Shown one piece after another: positions 1 through 11,146 of a DNA stretch of 64,000 bases. The stretch is from an uncultured delta proteobacterium (GTDB lineage Bacteria > Desulfobacterota > Desulfuromonadia > Geobacterales > Pseudopelobacteraceae). A program made the position numbers and the translations under genes. The stretch covers positions 128,001 to 192,000 of the forward strand of contig CAVYYZ010000001.1 of assembly GCA_963772835.1 (NCBI GenBank). The letters run 5' to 3'. The notes beneath the pieces were generated by a model. It worked only from the letters and a program-made list of their open reading frames with translations. It made no database searches and was not told the DNA's origin. Within the stretch, counting starts at the first letter, position 1, and each line of letters begins with the position of its first letter.

Positions 1-49
1 GGACTATACTCTATTTATGGCAGCTCGGCTTTGCCAGAAAAAGGAGTTC

Positions 50-1527
50 ATGATGAAAACAATCATTACAGAAAGGCATGAGGCAGTAGTTGAAAGTGTC
101 GAAGCGACACCTGCGGTTCGGTGGGCGCTCGCCAGCCTTTCACTCTCCATGCTGCTATCCTCACTCGATACCAGCATCGCCAATGTTGCCTTGCCGACGT
201 TGGCACAGGCGTTCACCGCCTCCTTCCAGGAAGTCCAGTGGGTCGTTCTTGCTTATCTCCTCGCCATCACCACCCTGATCGTCAGCGTCGGACGGCTCGG
301 CGACATCATCGGTCGCCGCCGGCTGCTCCTGGCCGGAATCTTCCTGTTCACGGTGGCCTCGGCTCTGTGCGGAGTCGCACCCACGCTCTGGCTGCTGATT
401 GCCGCCCGGGCGGCGCAGGGCCTCGGAGGGGCCATCATGATGGCCCTCACCATGGCGATTGTCGGCGAGACGGTTCCGAAGGCAAAGACCGGCAGCGCCA
501 TGGGACTGCTCGGAACGATGTCCGCGATTGGTACGGCTCTTGGCCCATCGCTCGGCGGTGTTCTGATCGCCGGATTCGGTTGGCGGTCGATCTTCCTTGT
601 CAACGTGCCCCTCGGTATTCTGACCTTTCTTCTCTCGCATCACTACCTGCCCGTTGAGTCATCGGGTTCCTACCGCTGATCGGAACGTATTCGACAAAGT
701 GGGCACACTGCTTCTTGCCCTAACGCTCGCGGCGTATGCTCTCGCCGTGACGATCGGGCACGGTAGTTTCAGTTCACTCAACATGGCTCTGCTTCTGGCA
801 GCGGTCTGCGGAGTCGGCCTCTTTGTGTTTGCCGAGAGCGAGTGCAACATCTCCTTTGATCCGTTTGGCGATGTTCCGCGATCCACTGCTGAGTGCGAGT
901 CTCGCTATGAGCGCACTCGTCGCGACGGTGGTGACAACGACGCTGGTGGTTGGGCCTTTTTATCTCTCTCTGGCGCTCGGTCTCAGTGCCGCTATGGTTG
1001 GACTCGTCCTTGTCGGTCAGGTCCGCTGGTTGCAGCCCTGACTGCCGTGCCGGCCGGTCGTCTTGTGGACCGTTTTGACTCACAAACGCATGACCGTCGT
1101 AGGGCTCATCGTCATGGCGGCCGGCTCCTTCGTTCTTTCCCTGATTGCCGACGACACACGGCATCACCGGCTTCATCGCCCCCATCGTCGTCATCACCAG
1201 CGGTTATGCGCTGTTCCAGACTGCCAACAACACAGCAGTCATGAACGGTATGCGGCCCGACCAGCGGGGGTCATGTCCGGCATGCTCAACTTGTCACGAA
1301 ATCTCGGGCGCCTCACCGGTGCATCCGTTATGGGAACTGTGTTCGCGTTCGCATCAGTGACGAGCAACATTACAACGGCGCGTCCTGAGGCTGTTGCCAC
1401 CGGTATGCGGACTACGTTCGCAGTCGCAGCTATTTTGATCGTAGCCTCACTCGCCATAGCGGTTGGAAGCCGTGTTCTCTCGCGACACGCAATTCACTCT
1501 CTGGAGACGTTACATGATCCCACTTGA
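50..1527 (+). CDS. MFS drug:H+ antiporter (DHA2/QacA-like), split by several frameshifts
   Basis: AAGGAG RBS before ATG at 50; motifs LDTSIANVALP, GRLGDIIGRRR, GPSLGG; continues through ORF pieces 654-1244, 823-1041, 1145-1360 and 1063-1527 in different frames. Confidence 0.85.
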
Positions 1528-1740
1528 CGTGACGTGGGTCAGCGTAGCGACAATCTGCCTTTCCAGGTACTTAAAGTGAAGTCCTCGCATCAATCTTACC
1601 TTGCGGGGCCCTATAACTATTTACTGCCATAGAAATATATCTTTTGAGAATACAAATGGGACGGGACCCCGTGGGGATATTTTATTATCAAGATTTCACC
1701 CCAGCAAGGGCAATGGAGTTTGCACGGACTGAATAAAATA

Positions 1741-1776
1741 AAAAAAGCACCTACATGATTAATGTAAGTGCTTGAT
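1741..1776 (-). terminator. Intrinsic terminator after tRNA-Val
   Basis: AAGCACTTACA...TGTAGGTGCTT hairpin followed by a U-tract on the minus strand. Confidence 0.7.
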
Positions 1777-1780
1777 TTAT

Positions 1781-1856
1781 TGGTGGGCGAAACAGGGATC
1801 GAACCTGTGACATCCAGCTTGTAAGGCTGGCGCTCTCCCAGCTGAGCTATTCGCCC
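1781..1856 (-). tRNA. tRNA-Val (TAC)
   Basis: Reverse complement GGGCGAATAGCTCAGCTGGGAGAGC...CTTACAA...GGTTCGATCCC...CACCA gives a cloverleaf with encoded CCA. Confidence 0.97.
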
Positions 1857-1862
1857 AATATA

Positions 1863-1939
1863 TGGCGGGGTTGACGGGGCTCGAACCCGCGACTTCCAGC
1901 GTGACAGGCTGGCACTCTAACCAACTGAGCTACAACCCC
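1863..1939 (-). tRNA. tRNA-Asp (GTC)
   Basis: Reverse complement GGGGTTGTAGCTCAGTTGGTTAGAG...CTGTCAC...GGTTCGAGCCC...CGCCA. Confidence 0.97.
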
Positions 1940-1958
1940 TCAGCAATTCTATCCAGAA

Positions 1959-2253
1959 CTATTTCTTTTTCTTTGGCTACTACGTTTACTGCTTCTTTCA
2001 GCGTTTTACCTGGTTTAAACTTAGGAACAGTTGCGGCAGGAATATCAATCTTCTTACCTGTCTGTGGGTTCTGGCCTTTACGGGCAGCACGTTTTGCAGT
2101 GGAGAATGTACCGAAACCAACGAGGCTCAGTTTGTCGCCGCTTTTCAGAGCAGCAGTTACACTGGCGATAAATGCGGAAACGGCTTTCTCAGCATCTACT
2201 TTTTTCAGGCCGGCCTGTTCTGCTACTGAACTGATCAATTCTGCTTTTGTCAC
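1959..2253 (-). CDS. hup: DNA-binding protein HU; true stop probably at 1959-1961, while the given sequence reads through to 1930
   Basis: GGAGG RBS and GTG at 2253; TKAELI...LVGFGTF...ARKGQNPQTG...VPKFKPGK.LKEAV. Confidence 0.93.
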
Positions 2254-2449
2254 GTTACACCTCCAAGATTCTATTTTTTTTAAATACAAAGCGTGCACTT
2301 GTTTATCAGATGTTCTTAAATTGTGTCAAGTTTTTTTTCGCGTAAACGTGCTTATTATGGGCTGTTGAACATGTTTACATGAATAAAATCGACAAAATAT
2401 GCGGGCTAACCGCATAAGATCTGTCTAACATACTGGTTTGCAAGCAAAT

Positions 2450-3706
2450 TTATGCTGCTTCCTTTAATTCCTGGTCAAATACAATAATCGGCTTTTCTTT
2501 GTGATAAATAACGTCTTCATTGATAACAACTTCCTGCACATTCAATTGTGATGGGACTTCGTACATTATATCGAGCATTGAATTTTCTAGAATTGCCCGC
2601 AATCCTCGCGCGCCGGTGTTGCGTTTCAATGCTTCCTTGGCAATTGCTATCAATGATCCGTCAGTGAACCTCAGGCGGACTTTTTCGAGTTCAAAAAGTT
2701 TCTGATATTGCTTAACGAGTGAATTCTTAGGCTCTTTTAAAATCTGAACCAACGCTTCTTCATCAAGTTCAGTCAGAGTGGCGAGCATAGGGAGACGTCC
2801 AATGAACTCAGGTATATAGCCGTATTTAAGGAGATCTTCGGGGGTAAGGCTCTTAAGCAGTTCTCCCAGTTTTTTCTCGTCACGTTTTTTGATGTCTGCA
2901 CCAAAACCGAGCGATTTTTTCCCTATACGCTGCTGAATAACTGTTTCCAGACCGGCAAAAGCGCCACCACAAATAAAGAGGATATTGGTGGTATCAACTT
3001 TCATGAATTCCTGTTGGGGATGCTTTCTGCCACCCTTTGGCGGAATGCTGGCAATGGTGCCTTCAATGATCTTTAAAAGTGCCTGCTGTACCCCTTCACC
3101 CGATACATCTCTTGTGATTGAAGGTGAATCTGACTTGCGGGCAATTTTATCAATTTCATCTATGTAGACGATACCTTTCTGGGCACGTTCCACATCATAA
3201 TCAGCTGCCTGCAAAAGAGTGAGGATAATATTCTCAACATCTTCTCCGACATACCCGGCTTCGGTAAGATTTGTTGCATCCGCCATAGCGAATGGCACTT
3301 TGAGAATCCGGGCAAGCGTCTGGGCCAGAAGTGTCTTGCCTGAGCCGGTTGGTCCGAGCAGCAGAATATTACTTTTCTGCATCTCAACTTCACCCGGTTT
3401 GCCACCTGATTCAATTCGTTTGTAATGATTATATACCGCGACGGAAAGGACCTTCTTTGCCATTTCCTGGCCGATGACATATTCATCTAAAATATCTTTG
3501 ATTTCACGAGGTTTTGGAAGTTTTTTCAGATCAGTCCCGGTGGTTTCTTCAAGTTTCATCTCCTCTGAAATGATGTCATTGCAGAGTTCAATACATTCAT
3601 CACAGATAAAAACTGCCGGTCCGGCAATAAGTTTTTTTACGTCATCCTGATTTTTCCCGCAGAAAGAGCAGGTCAGGTGCTCCTGTGTTGTGTCACGGCG
3701 ACTCAT
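2450..3706 (-). CDS. clpX: ATP-dependent Clp protease ATP-binding subunit ClpX
   Basis: CSFCGK zinc finger, [27 protein letters not shown]. Confidence 0.98.
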   Translation of the reverse strand: MSRRDTTQEHLTCSFCGKNQDDVKKLIAGPAVFICDECIELCNDIISEEMKLEETTGTDLKKLPKPREIKDILDEYVIGQEMAKKVLSVAVYNHYKRIESGGKPGEVEMQKSNILLLGPTGSGKTLLAQTLARILKVPFAMADATNLTEAGYVGEDVENIILTLLQAADYDVERAQKGIVYIDEIDKIARKSDSPSITRDVSGEGVQQALLKIIEGTIASIPPKGGRKHPQQEFMKVDTTNILFICGGAFAGLETVIQQRIGKKSLGFGADIKKRDEKKLGELLKSLTPEDLLKYGYIPEFIGRLPMLATLTELDEEALVQILKEPKNSLVKQYQKLFELEKVRLRFTDGSLIAIAKEALKRNTGARGLRAILENSMLDIMYEVPSQLNVQEVVINEDVIYHKEKPIIVFDQELKEAA

Positions 3707-4302
3707 GATGGGACTCCAGTGAGCGATTTACGCTCAAAAATTGCGTCGATCAAGCCGTACGCCTTTGCATCTTCACCAGACATGAAGAAGTCTCGTTCAG
3801 TATCGGCTTCAACTTTCTCTTTTGTCTGGCCCGACAATTCGGCAAGTATCCCGTTCAATTCGTCTTTCATGCGCAGAATTTCCTTGGCATGGATGCTGAT
3901 ATCGGTTGCCTGACCCTGGAAGCCTCCCAGCGGTTGATGAATCATGATTCTCGAATGGGTGAGGCTGAAGCGCTTCCCCTTTTCACCGGCTGTCAACAGT
4001 ATTGCTCCCATAGATGCCGCCTGTCCGACGCAAATCGTCGAAACAGGGGCTTTGATGTACCGCATGGTATCAAAGATTGCCATTCCTGCAGTGACAACCC
4101 CTCCCGGCGAATTGATATATAGATGGATATCCTTATCTGGATCTTCCGCCTCAAGAAACAGAAGTTGAGCGATAATGAGATTTGCAACTGTGTCGTCAAT
4201 TGCACCGCCAAGAAAAATAATTCGTTCTTTAAGCAGGCGGGAGTAAATATCATACGCCCGTTCACCTCTACCGCTCTGCTCTACAACCATTGGTATGTAC
4301 AT
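3703..4302 (-). CDS. clpP: Clp protease proteolytic subunit
   Basis: [34 protein letters not shown]. Confidence 0.98.
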   Translation of the reverse strand: MYIPMVVEQSGRGERAYDIYSRLLKERIIFLGGAIDDTVANLIIAQLLFLEAEDPDKDIHLYINSPGGVVTAGMAIFDTMRYIKAPVSTICVGQAASMGAILLTAGEKGKRFSLTHSRIMIHQPLGGFQGQATDISIHAKEILRMKDELNGILAELSGQTKEKVEADTERDFFMSGEDAKAYGLIDAIFERKSLTGVPS

Positions 4303-4314
4303 AGAAAAGTCCCC

Positions 4315-5625
4315 TTAGGCTGTTTTAAGCTGCTCAGCGTCTACTTCGGTGACTACTGCATGGTCAATCAGATAGGAGATGGCTTTATCCTCTTTGATTT
4401 CCGAGACGATCGAGCTCTTGGCATTCTGATTTGATGTGTAATACTCTTTGATGCGATCAAGCATCTCCGGATTTCCGGCGGCAATTTTTTCGTACTGTGA
4501 CGTCAGGTCCTCATCCGTAACAGAAATATTTTCTTTTTCAACCAGTGCCATCAACAGCAAACCACCTTTTACCTTGTCAATGGCATCGTCGCGAAAGCGG
4601 GCACGGAAACCATCCGCATCAAGTCCCATCATGTCCAGAGACATCTGCTGGCTTTTCAGGCGGTTTTTGAGGTTTTCGAACATGTGGTCCAACTGGCGCT
4701 TTACCATCGACTCAGGAACATCTAAAGGATTTTTCTTGATCAGCGCCTGAATAATCCGCTCTTTGAACTCATTTTCAAGTCGTTCAGTTTCATGTTTCTC
4801 ATGATATTCCACCATTTTTGCGCGTAACAGATCCATCGTGTCATACTCACCGAACTGCTGGGCAAACTCATCATCCAGTTCCGGGAGTTCTTTGCGCTTT
4901 ATCTCTTTAACGGTGACCGAAAATACGCCCTTGTTTCCGGCGGAAGAGTCATTAGTGCCCTCAGACGGAAGATCAAGAGTAAATTCTTTCGATTCACCTG
5001 CTTTCAGTCCGATCAACTGCTCTTCAAAACCCGGGATCAGTCGCCCTGAGCCGACTTCAATCTCCGCTGTCTGAGCTCCGCTGTTTATCTCAGGTGAATC
5101 CTCCACCACCATGGAATAATCGACAGATACGGTATGACCATTTTCAACGGCTTCGTCTTCGCCCAGAGGAGTCAGTTGCGCCATATTCTCCTGCATGCGT
5201 TTCAGCTCATCATCGATACTTTCCGGTTTTGATACGTATTTTTCTCTGTTTACGATCAAGCCGGTGTACTCCTGTAACAGTATCTGCGGCATGACCTCAA
5301 TAAGTGCGCTGTATTTGAACGGAACTCCCGCTTCGAGTATGTCGCTCTCGATGGTCGGCGAATCGAGCGGTTCAACCTTATGCTCATCAAGCGCCTTGTA
5401 AAGTGTCTCCTGATATAAGCGCCGCATGACATCATCGCGCATTGCGTCACTGTAGGTGCGTTTTATGAGCTGCATTGGTGCTTTGCCGGGTCGGAATCCC
5501 TGCAGCTTGGCTTTTTTCTGGATCGCTGAATACGCCTTCTCGATCTCTTCGTTAACCCGCTCTACAGGAATCTCGATGGTAATTTTTTTCTGAACAGAGC
5601 TGATGTCTTCGACGTGAACCTGCAT
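4315..5625 (-). CDS. tig: Trigger factor
   Basis: GFRPGKAP ribosome-binding motif; FKBP domain (IPGFEEQLIG); upstream of clpP. Confidence 0.96.
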   Translation of the reverse strand: MQVHVEDISSVQKKITIEIPVERVNEEIEKAYSAIQKKAKLQGFRPGKAPMQLIKRTYSDAMRDDVMRRLYQETLYKALDEHKVEPLDSPTIESDILEAGVPFKYSALIEVMPQILLQEYTGLIVNREKYVSKPESIDDELKRMQENMAQLTPLGEDEAVENGHTVSVDYSMVVEDSPEINSGAQTAEIEVGSGRLIPGFEEQLIGLKAGESKEFTLDLPSEGTNDSSAGNKGVFSVTVKEIKRKELPELDDEFAQQFGEYDTMDLLRAKMVEYHEKHETERLENEFKERIIQALIKKNPLDVPESMVKRQLDHMFENLKNRLKSQQMSLDMMGLDADGFRARFRDDAIDKVKGGLLLMALVEKENISVTDEDLTSQYEKIAAGNPEMLDRIKEYYTSNQNAKSSIVSEIKEDKAISYLIDHAVVTEVDAEQLKTA

Positions 5626-5705
5626 GATAGCTATCCTCTTCTATATTGGAATGTAATGTTTGCATGTATTGAGTACATCGAAACAAACATCGGGAAATCT
5701 TTGGA

Positions 5706-5790
5706 TGGTGCGAGAGAGGAGACTTGAACTCCTATACCGTGAGGTGCCAGATCCTAAGTCTGGTGCGTCTGCCAATTCCGCCACTCTCGC
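5706..5790 (-). tRNA. tRNA-Leu (TAG)
   Basis: Reverse complement GCGAGAGTGGCGGAATTGGCAGACGC...CTTAGGA, long variable arm, ends in CACCA. Confidence 0.96.
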
Positions 5791-5921
5791 ATCTGTCGTG
5801 AACCATGAAACGATTGGCCATGGTTGCTGTTTGCCTTGATAAAAAGATTCATGAGAATAGGTGAAAATCATGGATAGGTCAAGAAATTATTACGTTTGGG
5901 AGGGTATGCGACCTGTTTTTG

Positions 5922-6257
5922 TTATCCGCCTGCCAGCTTTACTTTGAAACCGCGTGCCTGTAATTCCGCTGACAGCGCATCTCGATGATCACCCTGGATC
6001 TCAATGACACCGTCTTTGACGGTGCCGCCACAGCCGCACTTCTTCTTCAATGCTGCCGCCAGCTCCTTTATCTCCGGAGCGGAAAGCGGGATGCCGTTAA
6101 TGACAATAACGGTGCCACCGCCCCGTCCCTTGACTTCACGCCGCAGTCGCACGATGCCGTCACTCTTTTGAGTCGCCGCCTTCTGTGCGGGGCCGTTCTG
6201 CTTTACCCGCCCTGTTTCTGTTGAATACACAAGGATGCTGTCGGACCAGTTTGTCAT
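5922..6257 (-). CDS. yciH: SUI1-family translation factor YciH
   Basis: [39 protein letters not shown]. Confidence 0.93.
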   Translation of the reverse strand: MTNWSDSILVYSTETGRVKQNGPAQKAATQKSDGIVRLRREVKGRGGGTVIVINGIPLSAPEIKELAAALKKKCGCGGTVKDGVIEIQGDHRDALSAELQARGFKVKLAGG

Positions 6258-7075
6258 TTGCCCCAGTCCCGTGCATATCTGAAATCGCGGTCTATTGTCC
6301 GGTTTGAAACTTTTGCAATGACCGGAAGGCGGCGTTTGAAATGAGAGTTTTGAATCTTCATGTAAATCGAATCGATAAACTCACGGTCAAAGCCGCCTGC
6401 AACCAGTTCCTCCTTCGTCAGACGCTGATCCACCATGCGGTAGAGAAGCTCATCCACCTGCCGGTACGAGAATCCAAGTTCTTCTTCGTCGGTCTGTCCG
6501 GCCCAGAGATCGGCTGACGGCTGCTTTTCGATGACTACGGCCGGAATTCCCATCGCTGTGGAGAGCTGCCAGACCTGGGTTTTGTAAATATCGCCGATCG
6601 GGTTCAGGGCAGAAGCCATATCTCCGTAGAGTGTACCGTATCCGAGCAGCAGTTCTGTTTTGTTGCTGGTGCCGAGCACCAAAGCGCGCAGCAGCGCAGA
6701 ATGGTCGAAAAGGATTGTCATCCGTTCACGGGCCATCTTGTTGCCGCGTCGCATATTGTCTGCATCGGGGAACCTGTCGAAATAGGCGTCAACCATGGTT
6801 GTTATCGGCACGACAGAAAAATTGACCCCGCACGCCGTCGCCACCTGGCGGGCATGTGCCTCGCTTTCAGGATTGCTGCTCTTGTACGGCATACAGATGG
6901 CGTGTACGTTCTCGGGCCCTAACGCTTCAGCGGCGATGAAAGCCACCAGCGCTGAATCAATCCCTCCTGAGAGTCCCAGCACTACCTTGCTGACGCCGAC
7001 TTTACGAACCTCATCCCGTACGAAGCCTACTAAAAGCTTTCTCAGTAATTCCATGTTGGCGTTTGATACTGACAT
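6254..7075 (-). CDS. nadE: NAD+ synthetase (synthetase domain only)
   Basis: [42 protein letters not shown]. Confidence 0.95.
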   Translation of the reverse strand: MSVSNANMELLRKLLVGFVRDEVRKVGVSKVVLGLSGGIDSALVAFIAAEALGPENVHAICMPYKSSNPESEAHARQVATACGVNFSVVPITTMVDAYFDRFPDADNMRRGNKMARERMTILFDHSALLRALVLGTSNKTELLLGYGTLYGDMASALNPIGDIYKTQVWQLSTAMGIPAVVIEKQPSADLWAGQTDEEELGFSYRQVDELLYRMVDQRLTKEELVAGGFDREFIDSIYMKIQNSHFKRRLPVIAKVSNRTIDRDFRYARDWGK

Positions 7076-7923
7076 CACCGCCCCCTTTTGTCCGCAATGC
7101 GCCCGAGTTCCTGCATCGTTACGAACAGATTCTCGTCACGCACCATCGGTGAAAAAATACGTTCCCGCCTCAGAGATCCTTCATCGACCCGTGCGGTGAT
7201 TGCATCCTCATCCAACAGCGCCCCGCGGACAATTGATTCACCCGACGCCGCGATATATTCGGAGCCTCCCCAGAAGTTGACGCCATCCTCAAAACCGACC
7301 CGGTTGCAGTACAGAACCCGGCAATTGAGAAACATGGCCGTGGTGGAGGTAAGTTTCTGCCAGGCTGCTGCCGAACCGAGAGAATCTCCCTCAATACCCC
7401 GACTTGGGCTGCTGGAAAGACAGATCAGTGCAGTTGCTCCGTCCATGGCAAGAATATAGGAGGCTGATAGATGCCACATATCTTCGCAAATCAGCATGCC
7501 GAACCGACCGAATTTTGTATCGAATGCCCGAAATGATCCGCCTCGTGCCAGATACCGCTGCTCGTCAAACAGACCGTAGGTAGGGAGATACACTTTACGA
7601 TGCAGATGCAAGATTGCGCCATCTTCAAGATAGATGGCAGAGTTGAAAAAGTGGTAGTCGTCAGTCTCTTCGACAAAGCCGATGGCGATAGATATCCCAC
7701 GGGAAAGTTCAATCAGCTGCAGGATCTCGGGAGAATCAACCCGCAGAGCCACTTCGGGGACGAGGTCTTTCAGGAAATAGCCGGACAGTGCAAGCTCAGG
7801 AAAGACAATAAGATCGGCACCGGCTTCCCGTGCCTTCACGATCTGATCTTCGATGAGCACCAGGTTGTCGGCAATGCAGCCGAGCTTCGGTTTTATTTGA
7901 GCCAGAACAGCGGTGAAATCCAT
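7075..7923 (-). CDS. Nitrilase-family amidohydrolase, probable glutaminase subunit of NAD synthetase
   Basis: E-K-C triad in [20 protein letters not shown] and ICEDMW; stop overlaps the nadE start (TGATG). Confidence 0.85.
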   Translation of the reverse strand: MDFTAVLAQIKPKLGCIADNLVLIEDQIVKAREAGADLIVFPELALSGYFLKDLVPEVALRVDSPEILQLIELSRGISIAIGFVEETDDYHFFNSAIYLEDGAILHLHRKVYLPTYGLFDEQRYLARGGSFRAFDTKFGRFGMLICEDMWHLSASYILAMDGATALICLSSSPSRGIEGDSLGSAAAWQKLTSTTAMFLNCRVLYCNRVGFEDGVNFWGGSEYIAASGESIVRGALLDEDAITARVDEGSLRRERIFSPMVRDENLFVTMQELGRIADKRGR

Positions 7924-7935
7924 GGTGATTCCTCC

Positions 7936-8358
7936 TTAATAGGCCACATCGAAAGCGTTCTTTATGTGATCTATGGCGTGATGGCCGCCAGTATGCAACA
8001 GAATGGCAATTACGTCAAACCGTGCGTTGGTGTCATGCAGCCGGTTCTTCCCGAGCCAGGTCAGCGCGGCTTTAGAAATCTGGCGCTGTTTGAACGGAGT
8101 CACCGCCAGCTGCGGCACACCGTAGGATAATCCGCGGCGAGCTTTCACCTCAATAAAGAGCAGGCTTTTATCCCCGGGGTCACGGGCGATAATATCAACT
8201 TCGCCCCCCTTGCAGCGGAAGTTACGCTCCAATATCCGATAACCCCGCGCGATCAGGAAATTCGCAGCCACTTCCTCCCCCAGTTCACCGGTCCCTTTGT
8301 TTCCACCGGGTGTGGAAGGAGGGGCGGCTTCAGTTCTGTTTCCGCCGAATAGATTCAT
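7936..8358 (-). CDS. yraN: YraN (UPF0102) nuclease-like protein
   Basis: GELGEE.A..FL...GY.ILERNFRC..GEVDII...FIEVK.R...RFDVI. Confidence 0.92.
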   Translation of the reverse strand: MNLFGGNRTEAAPPSTPGGNKGTGELGEEVAANFLIARGYRILERNFRCKGGEVDIIARDPGDKSLLFIEVKARRGLSYGVPQLAVTPFKQRQISKAALTWLGKNRLHDTNARFDVIAILLHTGGHHAIDHIKNAFDVAY

Positions 8359-10094
8359 GGCTGACCTTCCAGAAATCCGGCATCATCACAGCAGCCGTTC
8401 AGGTTCAGACCTCGGATGCGGTAATATTTATCCAGTTCCTCCTCAAAGCGCACCCTGTCAAGCGGGGGAATGTCGATGCCGTCCCCGCTGCTCCCCGGTT
8501 CAGTAAAAAAACGGTGCGGCAGGATGTCGTCAACGCGGGAAAAACCGTTGGTGCAGTTGTAAAAACGTTCGGTCTGCACAATGCGTCGACCTATTTCTTT
8601 CAGGCGCTGCGGCGAATATGATATTCCGGTAACGGCGGTCAACAGTTCTGCGTATTCTTCCAGGCTGGCGCCGAAGAAGGCAAATTTGCATGCCACAAGT
8701 GAATCCACCGCGGCATTGGTGTCCTCGGCTATACTGATAATACGGGCTTTTCCGGAAAAAGAAAAACGGTCGGTCGGTACCGGTTTGCGCAGGATTTCGT
8801 GTGAAACCGGATAGGCACGCAGGTGGCATCCTCCGCGGTTGCTCGTGCAGTACGCCAGTGCCATGCCGTACGCACCGCGCGGATCGTATGCAGGAAGTTC
8901 GAGCGATTTTACGCTCATGGAGAGTTCGGGGTGCCCCAGTTTTTCTGCAAGGCGGCGTGAGCCGAGGGAGAGTAATAATCCATCACCCTGACCGAGGGCG
9001 ATGTCTTTCAGCAGTCCGGGGATCTCTCCGGCGGTTGGATAGGTCCCTCTGATTTCTCCCCATGCAGAAAGGGTGGCTGCCGCCGAGATCGTGTCCATTC
9101 CCAGTTCGTTGCAGAGGTCGTTTGCTGTAATAATCGCGTGCAGGGAAGCATTGTTGTTAAGCGCGCCGAAATGGGAAACGGTTTCATATTCCGGCAGAGT
9201 TCTGCCGGTCCCGGATGATTTTTTGCACTGGATCGGGCAGCCGTAGCAGCCGTCCTTTTTTGCTTCGCAGGATTCTTTGATGGCCGGACCGGAATAGTTG
9301 GCAGAATGTTCGAAATAGGTTTTGGAGAAGTTTTCCGTCGGGGCCATGCGGCGCTGTGCCATCAGATCGACCAGCACCGGGGTCCCGAATTCAGAGAGGC
9401 CGAGAGGGCCGAATATGACCGGAGAAGCCTTGAAAAGGCGCATAATGTCCCGCCGAGCATTTTCAAACAGTGCGAGATCGGCGATAGTGGTTGTTCGGTC
9501 TCCATTCACGGTTACCGCTTTGAGGTTTTTACTTCCCATAACGGCGCCCATACCGCCGCGACCGACAGAGTTTCCCTCTCCCATCATGATATTCGCAAAG
9601 AGGGAGCCGTTCTCACCTGCCGGACCGATCGCAGCCACACTTCCCCGGTCCCCCAGTGCTGCAACGGTTGTCGGGATAGTACTCCCCCATAGATGGGCAG
9701 CCGGTACAATTTCAACCGTATCTGCTGTCACTGATAATACGGCCGGCCGGGGGCTTCTTCCGGTGATGAATAAGACATCCACACCAGCCCGCTTCAGGCG
9801 CCATGCAAATCGTCCTCCGGCAGAACAATCGTAGATTGTGCCGGTCAACGGAGAGCGTGAAACAACGGATAGACGGGAGGATGTCGGAGCCGGTGTGCCG
9901 CATAAAGGACCGACGGCAAAAATCAGCGGCATGGCGGGATCAAACGGGTCGAGATGAAAATAATCGCGCATCAGGCGCACGCCAAGACCGCGGCCGCCGA
10001 GATACTCCTCCAGCAGTACGCGGGGAATCTCTTCCCGGTGTGACGTTCCCGATGTCAGATCAACCGCGAGTATGCTGCCGTGCCAGCCGTTCAT
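8355..10094 (-). CDS. aor: Aldehyde:ferredoxin oxidoreductase (tungstopterin AOR family)
   Basis: Start MNGWHGSILAVDLT; LGGRGLG, SPLTG, GRGGMGAVMGSKNLKA, CYGCPIQC, EYET, DTIS, RGGCH. Confidence 0.93.
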   Translation of the reverse strand: MNGWHGSILAVDLTSGTSHREEIPRVLLEEYLGGRGLGVRLMRDYFHLDPFDPAMPLIFAVGPLCGTPAPTSSRLSVVSRSPLTGTIYDCSAGGRFAWRLKRAGVDVLFITGRSPRPAVLSVTADTVEIVPAAHLWGSTIPTTVAALGDRGSVAAIGPAGENGSLFANIMMGEGNSVGRGGMGAVMGSKNLKAVTVNGDRTTTIADLALFENARRDIMRLFKASPVIFGPLGLSEFGTPVLVDLMAQRRMAPTENFSKTYFEHSANYSGPAIKESCEAKKDGCYGCPIQCKKSSGTGRTLPEYETVSHFGALNNNASLHAIITANDLCNELGMDTISAAATLSAWGEIRGTYPTAGEIPGLLKDIALGQGDGLLLSLGSRRLAEKLGHPELSMSVKSLELPAYDPRGAYGMALAYCTSNRGGCHLRAYPVSHEILRKPVPTDRFSFSGKARIISIAEDTNAAVDSLVACKFAFFGASLEEYAELLTAVTGISYSPQRLKEIGRRIVQTERFYNCTNGFSRVDDILPHRFFTEPGSSGDGIDIPPLDRVRFEEELDKYYRIRGLNLNGCCDDAGFLEGQP

Positions 10095-10753
10095 CGATGT
10101 GTGGCGAGTCGCGCTGTAATGGCGGCAAGCAGCTCGTGAGGAGTGTCTGTCAGGACATCCGCCCCGGCCAGCTCTTCCGGGCCGCCATAGCCCCACGTAC
10201 AGGCTATTGAAGCGATGTTAGCCCGCTTGGCGGCGAGAATGTCGTTGATACTGTCGCCGACCATTACGCTTTCGCGTGGAGCTGTTCCCAGCGTCTCCAT
10301 GATTTTCAGCAAGGGGAGGGGAGACGGCTTTCTCTCCGGGTACGTATCTCCGCCGCATACGCTTTGAAACAGATCCTGAATCCCGAGAGTCTGAAGGAGT
10401 ATCCTGCACAGATCCTCGTTTTTATTCGTCATGACCGCCATCTTGATGTTACGGGCCGCAAGTTCATGGAGTATGTCACGTATTCCGGGATAGAGAATGC
10501 TTTTGTCAGCAATATGCTGTCTGTTGAAAGCCAGAAACATGTCCAGAGCCCGTTCAATATCGGTGCCCGAAACGTCAGGCAATACCTGCCGTACCAGATG
10601 TAGAGACCCTTTACCAATCTTCAGCCGTACGGCATCAACCGTCAGCGTCGGACGGGAAAAGGCATCCCGGATATGATTGACGGCGTCGGTCAGATCAGCC
10701 AGTGAATCGACAAGGGTGCCGTCAAGGTCAAAGAGAACCGCACGGATGATCAT
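10091..10753 (-). CDS. gph: HAD-superfamily phosphatase (phosphoglycolate phosphatase-like)
   Basis: FDLDGTLVDS, TNK, KPSP, MVGDS..D. Confidence 0.85.
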   Translation of the reverse strand: MIIRAVLFDLDGTLVDSLADLTDAVNHIRDAFSRPTLTVDAVRLKIGKGSLHLVRQVLPDVSGTDIERALDMFLAFNRQHIADKSILYPGIRDILHELAARNIKMAVMTNKNEDLCRILLQTLGIQDLFQSVCGGDTYPERKPSPLPLLKIMETLGTAPRESVMVGDSINDILAAKRANIASIACTWGYGGPEELAGADVLTDTPHELLAAITARLATHR

Positions 10754-11070
10754 GCCGAGGGTGATTTCAGGGGTTTGTCGGCTTTGGGAAGAATGATCAC
10801 GGGTGGTGTCGCGGTCCGGTAGAGGAGAAAGGTTTTACCCAGAATCTGGGCAACATCTGCCTGGCACGCTTCTGCCAGGGTCTCTGAAGCTTCATGTTTA
10901 TCAAGCATGCAGCTCTCAAGGAGTTTTACCTTGATTAATTCGTGATGATCAAGAGCGGTGTTCGCTTCCGCTATCAGAGCTCCTTCAATCTCTTTCTTAC
11001 CGATCTGGATGAGCGGCTTCAGTTTGTGCCCAAGGGCCCGCAGGTGTCGTTTCTGTTTTCCGGTCAGCAT
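10750..11070 (-). CDS. yhbY: CRM-domain RNA-binding protein YhbY
   Basis: LTGKQKRHLRALGH.LKP, HELIKVK, Q.LGK...LYR. Confidence 0.93.
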   Translation of the reverse strand: MLTGKQKRHLRALGHKLKPLIQIGKKEIEGALIAEANTALDHHELIKVKLLESCMLDKHEASETLAEACQADVAQILGKTFLLYRTATPPVIILPKADKPLKSPSA

Positions 11071-11146
11071 AAGTTCGTAAACTCCTAGGATTGCATAGAT
11101 GAATGAATATGAGATTCTATATCATACTGAATGAGCCGCTGGCAAA

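Noticed and set aside
1862..2368. ORFs overlapping tRNAs (also 5641-5871 and 45500-45742)
   Set aside because: They are translations of tRNA or HU-antisense sequence.
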